From a virus (taxonomy: Duplodnaviria; Heunggongvirae; Uroviricota; Caudoviricetes), in the IMG/VR virus record IMGVR_UViG_3300014204_013127: DNA of 64,000 nucleotides. One strand, 5' to 3'. The notes beneath the pieces were generated by a model. That model was not told the origin of the DNA, made no database searches, and was given only the letters and a program-made list of their open reading frames with translations. Below are positions 20,162 to 28,580 of this stretch, piece after piece. The first letter of the stretch is position 1, and the number at the start of each line of letters is the position of its first letter. The position numbers and the translations under genes were made by a program.

Positions 20162-20350
20162 TTATTTTCCTTGTGTATTTAACGCCATTAGAAGCCAAAG
20201 GATGAGGTAAAGGAGTATTCCGCTACCGCCAGCTAAAAAGAATATTATAAATAATATCCTGATAATAAATGGGTCACAGCTAAAATCCTTGGCAAGTCCA
20301 CTGCATACGCCTGCAATCATCGCATTCTCTTTGTCTAATTGAAAGGCCAT
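20162..20350 (-). CDS. PspC-domain small membrane protein
   Basis: MIAGVCSGLAKDFSCDPFIIRILFIIFFLAGGSGILLYLILWLL matches the PspC N-terminal domain consensus (GVCgGlA..f.iDp..vRl) and is followed by a TM helix. Confidence 0.5.
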   Translation of the reverse strand: MAFQLDKENAMIAGVCSGLAKDFSCDPFIIRILFIIFFLAGGSGILLYLILWLLMALNTQGK

Positions 20351-20361
20351 AATTTTACCTC

Positions 20362-20398
20362 TTGTCTGTATTTAGTGTAGAAACTATAATTTTCTACA
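20362..20398 (+). promoter_or_regulatory. sigma70-like promoter (TTGTCT-17-TATAAT) overlapped by an 8-7-8 inverted repeat TGTAGAAA-ctataat-TTTCTACA (operator-like)
   Basis: -35 at 20362-20367 and -10 at 20385-20390. A perfect 8-bp inverted repeat at 20376-20398 straddles the -10. It lies in the divergent region between the PspC-domain gene (-) and the HD-domain gene (+). Confidence 0.4.
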
Positions 20399-20404
20399 AT
20401 AGAT

Positions 20405-21232
20405 ATGTTAATGGAATTCAAAAATTGGTTAGAAATGAGCAGCTTACGGGATATTTTGAAAAATGTGCCACAGTCCGCACAATGGCACCCAGAGGGGTCT
20501 GTGTTTTTACACACAAGGCTTGTTAGAAAAGCTCTGCCTGTAGCTGTGAAAATGTTTGAGAAAGCTAGGGGAGAAGAGGCTTTTTCAAACTTGCCATCGG
20601 TCAGCGATGGGGATATAATGCTTTTGAGGATACTTGCTTGGCTGCATGATGTGGGCAAAGCCTCCACCGCAGGCTACAAATATCCCGATAATACCATCAA
20701 ACCGTTGTCTGATTTTCCTGGGCACACTGTAAAACAGATGATGTCACCTGACTTCGGACCAGGGAAATGGACAGCCCATGCTCACGAAGACCCAGAGCAT
20801 TATGAGCCGCAAATAAAAAAATTAGGCAATAAGTGGCAGTCTATTCTGGACAACCTATCACCAGAAGATAAGGAAATTGTGTGGTTTGTAGTTCCAAAAC
20901 ATATGGAGTTTAGTGAGAAGGGACTTAGTAGACACATTAAGGCATCAATTGGAATTGATGGCAAATTCGCCCCAGATCGCAAGATTAAAATATGGATTGT
21001 TTTCAAATTGATGGACCTAATGGGTCGAGGATCGGGGTTGGATATAGAATCAGGGAAGAGTTTTTTGGAGATTCTTATGAACGTGGCAGAAGAGAAGATG
21101 CGTAAAAGTTTACGTACTAAACCAGTAGAGCCAAACACCCCAGAGGAGTTTGCAAAGTATTTGCTGGCTAAGGGGGTGAAACCCGATGTGGTTCAGGCAG
21201 CAGTTCGAGGGAAATTTGCAGCATATATTTAA
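20405..21232 (+). CDS. HD-domain phosphohydrolase-like protein
   Basis: H...LRILAWLHDVGK resembles the HD metal-binding motif; 275 aa. Confidence 0.4.
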   Translation: MLMEFKNWLEMSSLRDILKNVPQSAQWHPEGSVFLHTRLVRKALPVAVKMFEKARGEEAFSNLPSVSDGDIMLLRILAWLHDVGKASTAGYKYPDNTIKPLSDFPGHTVKQMMSPDFGPGKWTAHAHEDPEHYEPQIKKLGNKWQSILDNLSPEDKEIVWFVVPKHMEFSEKGLSRHIKASIGIDGKFAPDRKIKIWIVFKLMDLMGRGSGLDIESGKSFLEILMNVAEEKMRKSLRTKPVEPNTPEEFAKYLLAKGVKPDVVQAAVRGKFAAYI

Positions 21233-21241
21233 GGAGGCTAC

Positions 21242-21445
21242 ATGTTCTGGGTTTATGTTTTAATCGGATTTTTTTTGGCCCTTGTGGGTGGTGTTGGAAT
21301 GTTGTTTGCCCTGATTATGGGAGCCAAACCAGACCCGAGTATTTGGAAAATGATTGCAGTTTTTCTACTTCCTGCTTTGGGGTATTGGATGGGATTGATT
21401 GGTGCATTTCTCTACGGCTTGGGGGAAGCCTTTAAGGGTGGCTAG
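21242..21445 (+). CDS. small two-TM membrane protein
   Basis: 67 aa, highly hydrophobic and Gly-rich. Confidence 0.3.
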   Translation: MFWVYVLIGFFLALVGGVGMLFALIMGAKPDPSIWKMIAVFLLPALGYWMGLIGAFLYGLGEAFKGG

Positions 21446-21789
21446 ATTTCTCTAAACTGTTCTTTTGCACCCTCTATAAAATGTACCAAGTATCGACCAT
21501 TTGTGCAGAATCTTTTTCCTAATATGGAAATTTCTTTTGCATGAATTCTTCTATGACACTTGCAGCAGCAAGTGATGGTGTTAGATTCTGTGTATTTTCC
21601 ACCATCGCTGCCGGGGAGGATGCGGTGGACATCTAATGTAGAATAATCAGTTTCCCCACAGAAACAGCATTTTTTATCCAGGTGTTTTTTACTCTTTTTA
21701 TTCATGATGTTCGTATAGCAATATAGGAGTAAATAACATGTGGTTTGATAAACAATCTGGTTGTGCTCGAATGACTGTTCAAGAAGCAT
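21442..21789 (-). mobile_element. free-standing HNH homing-endonuclease-like gene
   Basis: CCFCGETDY...VHRILPGSDGGKYTESNTITCCCKCHRRIH carries the HNH zinc-finger and catalytic His/Asn pattern; 115 aa. Confidence 0.6.
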
Positions 21790-22121
21790 TTGATTTGGGG
21801 CTCATTCCATATTCTAAATGTGTTTATGGCCCTGCCTCCCCTCAAAAGGGTGCGAGGGATGCCATGCTTACTTGTTCAGCCGAATTTTTGCACGATAGTT
21901 CTTTGATAAAAAAAACCTTGTATGCGGTGCGTGGTGGTCCAATCTCTCCAGAGGATGCCAGAGAGTGGAAAAAGTGGTGGGAGATATTGAAGAATTTGGA
22001 CTTTGACGCCGTTGTTCGTAAATACAATGTGAAATTCGAAAAAACAGAGCATGATTTGATGTGGGAGCCAAAGCCTTATTATGATCCCCCCGGATGGAGT
22101 GAAGAGAATGGTTGGAGCTAA
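21738..22121 (+). CDS. hypothetical protein
   Basis: 127-aa ORF overlapping the HNH gene 5' end on the opposite strand. Confidence 0.3.
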   Translation: MWFDKQSGCARMTVQEAFDLGLIPYSKCVYGPASPQKGARDAMLTCSAEFLHDSSLIKKTLYAVRGGPISPEDAREWKKWWEILKNLDFDAVVRKYNVKFEKTEHDLMWEPKPYYDPPGWSEENGWS

Positions 22122-22271
22122 TGGGGTTTACAAACTAAGTTTCTGAAGTATAATGGCGTTACCTGACCGAAGCGAAAGCTTAGCGTACAGGCCCCATTCA
22201 TGCGTTTGAAAGACAGTGAGGGAGTTTTCGGCTTCTTCGTAAACTGTGTGTGGATGGCAAAAAGCCGAAAC

Positions 22272-22618
22272 GGGGGTGAATAGAATCGAACGACGGTTTT
22301 AGCCCTTGAGTTGCATGTCATGGCTGACCAACAGGCCATGTAAAAAAGTTGGTCAAAAATTTAGTTGCTAACGATTACGTTGCACTGGCTGCGTGAGTGG
22401 CCACGGGTTGAGGAAGCTCGCCAAGGCGTCCAAAAACCCGTCAAAAATTTGGCTGCGTTCAATGTAGATGGCGTAAATTGAACTAAGATAACGCCGATAG
22501 GTCGTATGAGCCTTTGCTTGCTGTGGCTTATACAGACGACATAAACGGCAAGATACACATGTAGAAACTCATTGGCGTGCCGTGCGTGACCTGGGTGCGA
22601 TTCCCAGCACCTCCACTA
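22272..22618 (+). ncRNA. ssrA: tmRNA (SsrA), standard one-piece form; tag reading frame GCT AAC GAT TAC GTT GCA CTG GCT GCG TGA = ANDYVALAA
   Basis: The 5' GGGGGTGAATAGAATCGAACGACGG parallels E. coli GGGGCTGATTCTGGATTCGACGGG. The 3' end has T-stem CTGGG/CCCAG, loop TGCGATT and acceptor strand CACCTCC-A (22608-22615). That strand pairs with GGGGGTG (22272-22278) and includes the G3:U70 wobble that is the Ala identity element. The tag ORF at 22367-22396 ends in ALAA plus a stop. Confidence 0.8.
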
Positions 22619-22721
22619 ATATTCAATTTGTGTCATTGATGGCACAATATGCGAAAAACGGATGGTCTGGCGAAGATGTGTTTAAGTTTTGCCAAGCTGT
22701 TGTAGAACACAGGAAATAAAA

Positions 22722-23222
22722 ATGCCAAGATTTTTTGCCCCTATTGAAGCTGTTGAATTGGCTGGGAAAATCGGTGCATCCCAACGTAATGTGTATGATT
22801 ACAATTTTGTGCGAAGTGATTTCAAGGTCGAATTCGATTTTGAAAATGTAACCACAGATACCAGCAATTGTTGTTATGAATTAGAGGGATTGCTTGGTTA
22901 CAACACATTAGACAACGGCATGACTTTTTTTGGTGTCAGTGCTGGCGGCGATTGGGAAATACCAGTCTTCTTTGTGGTCTACTGGGATGGCAAAAAATTA
23001 CGAGCCTATATTCCTACAGATGGCAATCCGTGGAATACAGACACAAAGCAAGCATACGGCAATGCAGATCAAGATTGGGATAATCCAGATGCCGAAGATG
23101 ATGACGTAAAGAACCTGAATAAATTATACGGTCCAGGTCACACATCCCACGAAGATGCCCCTGATTATGACAAAGAAAAAATCATCGCAGACATCAAGGC
23201 AAGAATTTTGCCGAAAGTTTAA
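22722..23222 (+). CDS. hypothetical protein
   Basis: ATG at 22722. The ORF track offers an upstream non-ATG start at 22689, which would abut the tmRNA. Confidence 0.35.
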   Translation: MPRFFAPIEAVELAGKIGASQRNVYDYNFVRSDFKVEFDFENVTTDTSNCCYELEGLLGYNTLDNGMTFFGVSAGGDWEIPVFFVVYWDGKKLRAYIPTDGNPWNTDTKQAYGNADQDWDNPDAEDDDVKNLNKLYGPGHTSHEDAPDYDKEKIIADIKARILPKV

Positions 23223-23224
23223 CC

Positions 23225-23653
23225 ATGTTTGATGAAAAATGCGTTTGGGAATATTTTGACGGCGGTATGCCTGGAGTAAAAAAAAGAATCTGCGAAGGTG
23301 TTGCAGAGTCTTTTCGCAAGCGAGCCAAAGAAGATGTTGAATTGGCGACACTAGAAGAACATATTGGGTTGCCAAAAGGAATTCTATCCAAAATAATTCA
23401 TCAAGTTGAATTTGAGGATGGGGAATTTAACTCAAGGCTTTTGCAAACTCTGTGTGCATGTTGCAGACTTGATATGCATGATGTTTTTTGCGTGAGAAAA
23501 CTATCAGAAGAGGAAAAAGCAGATATTATTGCCGCTGCAACTGCCGAGCAATTTGTTTGCGTATGTGGTGCGGGCGATGCTGGTTGGTCTCAGGATGACA
23601 GAATAGATTTGTTCCTTCTTACTACAGCATTGCGTTCTTTAGATGAAAAATAA
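23225..23653 (+). CDS. hypothetical protein, possible HTH DNA-binding
   Basis: LATLEEHIGLPKGILSKIIHQ is helix-turn-helix-like; a strong terminator follows. Confidence 0.3.
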   Translation: MFDEKCVWEYFDGGMPGVKKRICEGVAESFRKRAKEDVELATLEEHIGLPKGILSKIIHQVEFEDGEFNSRLLQTLCACCRLDMHDVFCVRKLSEEEKADIIAAATAEQFVCVCGAGDAGWSQDDRIDLFLLTTALRSLDEK

Positions 23654-23670
23654 CGGCGTCTCCTTTCGAG

Positions 23671-23701
23671 CCCGGTTGCACGCAAGTGCAGCCGGGTTTT
23701 T
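23671..23701 (+). terminator. rho-independent terminator
   Basis: An 11-bp stem cccggttgcac/gtgcagccggg with GNRA tetraloop gcaa, followed by TTTTT. Confidence 0.6.
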
Positions 23702-23704
23702 ATC

Positions 23705-23733
23705 TTGCAAAGAAATCCTAAATTGGTTATAAT
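23705..23733 (+). promoter_or_regulatory. near-consensus sigma70 promoter TTGCAA-17-TATAAT
   Basis: TTGCAA at 23705-23710, a 17-nt spacer, TATAAT at 23728-23733. A GGAGGG ribosome-binding site precedes the ATG at 23759. Confidence 0.55.
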
Positions 23734-23758
23734 CTTTGGAATCAATGGAGGGTAATAT

Positions 23759-23998
23759 ATGGTCTTTTTAGAAGCTGTCCAGTTTATTATTGTGGTGTTG
23801 ATAGTTGGGTTTACCATAACCCAAGTAATCGCTCCTATTCTTTTGGGCCGACCAACTTTTCCTATTTTTAAGCGGAAAAACAAAACAGTTGATGCCGCAT
23901 TAGCATCAGCCAAAGAGGAGGTGGATTTGGCAAAAAAGAAAAGACAATTGAAAGCATTGCAAGCAGAAATAGAAATTGAAGAAAGGCAAATGAAATGA
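23759..23998 (+). CDS. small membrane protein (TM plus coiled coil), possible partner of the downstream SPFH protein
   Basis: 79 aa with an N-terminal TM; its stop overlaps the next gene's start. Confidence 0.35.
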   Translation: MVFLEAVQFIIVVLIVGFTITQVIAPILLGRPTFPIFKRKNKTVDAALASAKEEVDLAKKKRQLKALQAEIEIEERQMK

Positions 23999-25338
23999 AG
24001 CGTAGTAGTGTTTATTCTGAACCCTCGTATCAAGGAGAGAACTCAATGGACCCGAGAAAAGTGTTGTTGTTGTTGGTTTCTGTGATTTTGTGTGTTGTTG
24101 TGTGTTTTAGTTTGTTTGGATTTTTTGAGAACTTGGACGCCAAACAACTTATGGTAATTCAGAGCCCGGTCAAAGGCCAACTAGATTGGTACACATCACA
24201 GGGCGTGAAGTATCAAGGATTCGGCAAAGTAACTTGCTATGATAGACGGTCACAGTTTTGGTTCTCTGCCAAGAATGACCAAGGGGCTGCTGCCGCAGAC
24301 AACTCTATCAAAATCCGATTCAATGACGGTGGGCATGCCCAACTGTCAGGCGGTATTAGTTGGGAGATGCCATTGGATGAAGAGCATCTAACACGTATTC
24401 ATCAGCAATATGGAAGCCATTTGGCGGTCGAACAGCAATTGATTCGCACAATCATCGAGAAGTCAATTTATATGACTGGCCCGACCATGAGTTCAAAGGA
24501 ATCTTATGCCGAACGCCGGAATGAATTGCTTAATTTGATTGAGGATCAAATCCAGAATGGTGTTTATCTTACCAAGACTACTCAAGAGCAGGCAACTGAC
24601 CCTCTTACAGGTGCTATTAAGACAATTGCCAAAGTTGAGTTAGTTACTGATAAGGACGGAAAGCCAAAGAGAGCAGAAGAAAGTCCTTTGAAGCAATTTG
24701 GGATTAAGGTTTTTAATCTTAGTATCAATGAAGTTGCATACGATCCGCAGGTTGAAGAACAAATTAGCCAGCAGCAAAAACTGACTATGCAAGTTCAGAT
24801 CGCTATGGCTACTGCGAAACAAGCCGAGCAGGAATGTATTACAACCAAGAAGCAAGGTGAAGCTAATGCTGCCAAGGCTGAGTGGGAGCAAAAGACAGTT
24901 GCCGCTAAGGAAGTTGCCAAGGCTGACCAGGACAAGACTGTGGCTGAAACTAAGGCGAAGCAGGAAAAGTCCGTGGCCGAAACCAAGGCTGCCCAGGAAT
25001 TGAAGGTGGCCGAGTTGGCAGCACAAGCAGCCGAAATGACAAAGAAAGAGCAAATTGCCTTGGGTGAAGGTGAAGCCAAACGTCGCACATTGGTGATGGA
25101 GGCTGACGGTGCTTTGGAAAAGAAATTGGCCGCTTGGGTTGAAATCAACAAGGCTTATGCCGAAGCTATTGCGAAGCATGAGGGAAGTTGGGTGCCGTCG
25201 ATTGTTATGGGAAATGGAGCAACTGGCACCGCAGGAGCACAAAATGGAGCTTCTGATTTGATCGCCCTGTTGACAGCGAAGACCGCTAAGGATTTGTCGT
25301 TGGACCCGAATATGGTTCAGCCTACTAAAAAGAAATAG
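23995..25338 (+). CDS. SPFH/band-7 (flotillin-like) membrane protein with long Ala/Lys/Glu coiled-coil repeats
   Basis: N-terminal TM, then MVIQSPVKGQLDWYTSQGVKYQGFGKVTCYDRRSQ (SPFH-like), then repeated VAETKAKQE/KSVAETKAAQE units. Confidence 0.4.
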   Translation: MKRSSVYSEPSYQGENSMDPRKVLLLLVSVILCVVVCFSLFGFFENLDAKQLMVIQSPVKGQLDWYTSQGVKYQGFGKVTCYDRRSQFWFSAKNDQGAAAADNSIKIRFNDGGHAQLSGGISWEMPLDEEHLTRIHQQYGSHLAVEQQLIRTIIEKSIYMTGPTMSSKESYAERRNELLNLIEDQIQNGVYLTKTTQEQATDPLTGAIKTIAKVELVTDKDGKPKRAEESPLKQFGIKVFNLSINEVAYDPQVEEQISQQQKLTMQVQIAMATAKQAEQECITTKKQGEANAAKAEWEQKTVAAKEVAKADQDKTVAETKAKQEKSVAETKAAQELKVAELAAQAAEMTKKEQIALGEGEAKRRTLVMEADGALEKKLAAWVEINKAYAEAIAKHEGSWVPSIVMGNGATGTAGAQNGASDLIALLTAKTAKDLSLDPNMVQPTKKK

Positions 25339-25361
25339 CGTCTGGGTCGGTGCCGAAGGCA

Positions 25362-25397
25362 AGCCCCGCTCATTTTCGGATGAGCGGGGCTTTTTTT
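25362..25397. terminator. bidirectional rho-independent terminator between convergent genes
   Basis: A 12-bp stem agccccgctcat/atgagcggggct with loop tttcgg, followed by TTTTTTT. Confidence 0.6.
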
Positions 25398-25398
25398 A

Positions 25399-25758
25399 TT
25401 AACTAATGTATGCAACGACTTCATATCGGCCTGATGGCATTTTACACCAGGATAGGTAGAGGGCATTGTTCATTGGGGTATTATCTTCTTTGCGAACAAT
25501 GTCAATGTTGGCCACTTGGCTTCTAGATTGTTCGCTGCCGCACTCTCCCCCGCCGACCAGCATTCCCGACCACGGGGTGCCATCTTCTTGCACGGCTTGG
25601 TAGCCCAGTTTTTCCAGAACGGCAAAGATTGGCGAGAGGGGTATTTTATCATGAAACCCTTTGGCAATTGCATTGATCTCTCGATTCATTTGCGACTTGA
25701 TAGCTGGTTTTATGGCTGCCACTCTAGCCATTTCCATAAATTGTTGAAAAGTTTTCAT
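25399..25758 (-). CDS. hypothetical protein
   Basis: 119-aa minus-strand ORF. Confidence 0.35.
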   Translation of the reverse strand: MKTFQQFMEMARVAAIKPAIKSQMNREINAIAKGFHDKIPLSPIFAVLEKLGYQAVQEDGTPWSGMLVGGGECGSEQSRSQVANIDIVRKEDNTPMNNALYLSWCKMPSGRYEVVAYIS

Positions 25759-25783
25759 TTTTAAATACCTCAGATTTTATATA

Positions 25784-25812
25784 TGGACATTATCAATCAT
25801 TTCTTTTATAAT
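25784..25812 (+). promoter_or_regulatory. sigma70-like promoter TGGACA-17-TATAAT
   Basis: TGGACA at 25784-25789, a 17-nt spacer, TATAAT at 25807-25812. A GGAGA ribosome-binding site precedes the ATG at 25851. Confidence 0.5.
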
Positions 25813-25850
25813 AACTCTGTAGAATTTTAACTTCAACAAGGAGATAAAGG

Positions 25851-26861
25851 ATGTCAGTTGAGAGTCAGCGAATATTAAATGATATTTTGGAAAAAAAAGG
25901 TAGCACCATCAATTTGGGGGCTATTATGACCAAGATGCCCAGAAATTCTCAAAACCCCTATGCTATAATGGATGAAGAAGAAGAAAAATTTGGACGTATG
26001 ACACAATGGACCACATCTGATGGTACTCGTTTCTTTCCTGCTGGAAAGACATTTCCTTTGCTATGTCCAGGTGTTTATGAAATTAAATTTTCTAACACCA
26101 AGGGATATTATTTTGAGAAGGTGCAGGTAAAAACAGAAGGGTTATTACGGTTTCCTGATAGCGAATCCGCAAAGGTTGTGGCAGAGATTCAGAACTTCTG
26201 GACAAAAGAGCAAACCTATGCCGATTTTGGGCTCACCTATCGCCGTGGATTGATTCTGTGGGGTCCAGCGGGTTCTGGCAAGAGTTGTACCATTCAGATC
26301 GTTATGGCCGATGTAATTGAACGTGGCGGCGTTGTGTTCAAGTTTAATTCTGTGCCTCATATGTTTTTGGAGGGGGTGCGATTATTCAGAGAAGTGCAGC
26401 CTGACACAAAGATTGTGGTATTGATGGAAGACATTGATTCCTTGTTGGAAGAGTACGGAGAGTCGGAGGTGCTCAATATTTTGGATGGTGTTGAGAAAAT
26501 TGAACGGGTGGTTTTTTTAGCAACCACGAACTATCCAGAGAAATTGGGGGATCGAATTATCAATCGTCCTTCCAGATTTGACAGAAGATTTATGATGCCC
26601 AATCCCAATAAGAAATGCAGACAATTGTATTTCGAGCATTTAGCGAAACAAAACCCCACCATTAAAATTGATATTGCCAAATGGACAAAGGATACGAGTG
26701 GTTTTTCTATTGCACATTTGAAAGAGTTGTTTATTGGGGTGTGCATTTTAGGAGAAGAATACAAGGATGCCGTGGAAACATTGAGAATTATGATTGAAGA
26801 GCGTCCCAAATCTGACGAGAGTGATGGATTTGGGTTTATTCCCAAGAAAAATGAGGACTGA
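25851..26861 (+). CDS. AAA+ ATPase
   Basis: Walker A GPAGSGKS, Walker B IVVLMEDIDSL and an SRFDRRF arginine-finger-like segment. Confidence 0.65.
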   Translation: MSVESQRILNDILEKKGSTINLGAIMTKMPRNSQNPYAIMDEEEEKFGRMTQWTTSDGTRFFPAGKTFPLLCPGVYEIKFSNTKGYYFEKVQVKTEGLLRFPDSESAKVVAEIQNFWTKEQTYADFGLTYRRGLILWGPAGSGKSCTIQIVMADVIERGGVVFKFNSVPHMFLEGVRLFREVQPDTKIVVLMEDIDSLLEEYGESEVLNILDGVEKIERVVFLATTNYPEKLGDRIINRPSRFDRRFMMPNPNKKCRQLYFEHLAKQNPTIKIDIAKWTKDTSGFSIAHLKELFIGVCILGEEYKDAVETLRIMIEERPKSDESDGFGFIPKKNED

Positions 26862-27388
26862 TGATGGAAATCATAGCCAAGCCAGGATATTTTGGCAAGG
26901 ATCGGACAAAGTGGGAGAAAATGTTTGATGCTTATTGTGGCGAGGGAAACTGGCAAGAATGTTGGGAGTTTTATGATGAAATTCTTACATTTAATGAGGC
27001 TGTTCTTTTGTATGATGTTTCTTATTTGCTGTATATAAAGGAAGATAAATATAGTATTTTTCATGGCATGGCCAGCCAATACAGAGACTGTTATGACAAT
27101 GATCCATCGAATGTAGTTTCTGGATGCAATCATGACACAAAGGCTGTGCCGAGGCATATTCAGGACGTATCTGTACGCCGGGCATTTCGGGCACTGGGGA
27201 TGCACTTCAATCCCAATGCTGAAAAATTATTGGAAATTAGAGGGCTTACCAGTTCTGGTTATGAGTTAAGTCCCATGAAGGTGCCATTTGTGTATCCAAA
27301 TGCTATTACAGGTGGCCCAGCGAGGGAATGGGCTGGAAAGGGCACAGTAGAAGAGTTTTGGCAAAGGAATAAGGTAATTGTATGTTAA
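26861..27388 (+). CDS. hypothetical protein
   Basis: 175-aa ORF whose start overlaps the upstream stop. Confidence 0.35.
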   Translation: MMEIIAKPGYFGKDRTKWEKMFDAYCGEGNWQECWEFYDEILTFNEAVLLYDVSYLLYIKEDKYSIFHGMASQYRDCYDNDPSNVVSGCNHDTKAVPRHIQDVSVRRAFRALGMHFNPNAEKLLEIRGLTSSGYELSPMKVPFVYPNAITGGPAREWAGKGTVEEFWQRNKVIVC

Positions 27389-27855
27389 AAATGGTTTGTA
27401 GTGGTGCCCAGACGGGGGCGGATTTAGGTGGGCTTATAGCCGCCGAGAAATTTGGGATAAAGACTGGTGGTTGGTGTCCCAAAGGGTGTAAAACAGAAGC
27501 TGGGACAAAACCAGAGTTGATTGAACGTTTTGGGCTTTGGGAAACCAATACGGATAGTTATGTGCCCAGAACTCACGCCAATGCCAAGATGGGCGATGGC
27601 ACAATACGATTCGCATTTGATTTTGACTCGGCGGGTGAAATATTGACTTCTCAATCTTGCAGCAGGTTTGAAAAACCAATCATTGATGTGGATGTGGAGA
27701 ATCCACGACCTGTGCAAGAGGTTGTGGATTGGATAAAGGAACACAACATAGAAACACTAAATATAGCCGGGAACAGAGAGAGTAAATATCCAGGGATGGA
27801 GAAGTTTGTTGTGAATTACCTTGGACAGGTTTTCACAACATTGGGTCATACATGA
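27382..27855 (+). CDS. SLOG-superfamily protein (molybdenum-cofactor-carrier/YpsA/LOG-like nucleotide-binding fold)
   Basis: CSGAQTGADLGGLIAAEKFGIKTGGWCPKG matches the GG.TGvD...l..A...gi..gGwcPkG signature of the MoCo-carrier-like SLOG family. Confidence 0.5.
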   Translation: MLKMVCSGAQTGADLGGLIAAEKFGIKTGGWCPKGCKTEAGTKPELIERFGLWETNTDSYVPRTHANAKMGDGTIRFAFDFDSAGEILTSQSCSRFEKPIIDVDVENPRPVQEVVDWIKEHNIETLNIAGNRESKYPGMEKFVVNYLGQVFTTLGHT

Positions 27856-28580
27856 AGATAATAATAGTAATTCGCCAGGATCAAGTATGGTCTCGTCAAT
27901 ATTTTCCATCTAGTTTTTACACAAAAGTATTTAGAGCAGAATTAGTCATTGACACATGGAATTCTTTGTTCAATATACCATATCACGAATTTAGAATTGC
28001 ACTACACGAAATACAGAAAGTTAATTTAGCGGACATTCAGGCCGATCTTGTCGTTTATGAAAATGATCCAAAAATGCAGGGTTTATTGAGAGATGAAAAT
28101 AATCTAATCTTACCGATTGATGATGATGATTGGTTTGATCCAAATATTTGTTGTGTTTTAAAATCTGCACAATTTGGAAGATTTATTAGGTGGCATTATT
28201 TGCGTTATTTTTACGGCAATTCCGTGCAATTGGCTAAACATCCATTTCCGACTTATCTTTTTGACTATCAAAGCAATAATTACGCATTCAGAACTCCTGC
28301 TAATTGGGATATGTATGGGCATGATGGCTCGGCAAATGACAATATCCCACGAGCAGAAGAGACATATCTTGAGCAAATATTATCAGTGCATAATTTCAAC
28401 CCATCCTCTTTGTCTGGTTATTTTAATCAACCAGATGTAAGAGATGTTATGGTTAAATCATATCGTTATTTTGATTGTGAACAATCGGAGCAAATGCAGC
28501 AAATGCCCAGTTGTTTTCATAAATATTCATTATTAATGTTTGATTTGTGGAAGCGATTAAAATTATTGAAAATGTTATAA
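27852..28580 (+). CDS. hypothetical protein with DXD-like motif (possible GT-A glycosyltransferase)
   Basis: LILPIDDDDWFDPN; otherwise uncharacterised. Confidence 0.3.
   Translation: MKIIIVIRQDQVWSRQYFPSSFYTKVFRAELVIDTWNSLFNIPYHEFRIALHEIQKVNLADIQADLVVYENDPKMQGLLRDENNLILPIDDDDWFDPNICCVLKSAQFGRFIRWHYLRYFYGNSVQLAKHPFPTYLFDYQSNNYAFRTPANWDMYGHDGSANDNIPRAEETYLEQILSVHNFNPSSLSGYFNQPDVRDVMVKSYRYFDCEQSEQMQQMPSCFHKYSLLMFDLWKRLKLLKML

Noticed and set aside
22118-22271. 150-nt non-coding gap upstream of the tmRNA, examined for a tRNA or second ncRNA
   Set aside because: No cloverleaf-compatible pairings or conserved tRNA boxes were found by eye. It most likely holds the ssrA promoter/leader. A covariance-model scan would be needed to exclude a small RNA.
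22591-22618. tRNA-like T-arm and acceptor 3' strand (CTGGG-TGCGATT-CCCAG-CACCTCCA)
   Set aside because: No matching 5' acceptor strand, D-arm or anticodon arm lies within ~80 nt upstream. The complementary 5' strand GGGGGTG is ~340 nt upstream, as expected for the tRNA-like domain of the tmRNA. It is therefore part of ssrA, not a separate tRNA gene.
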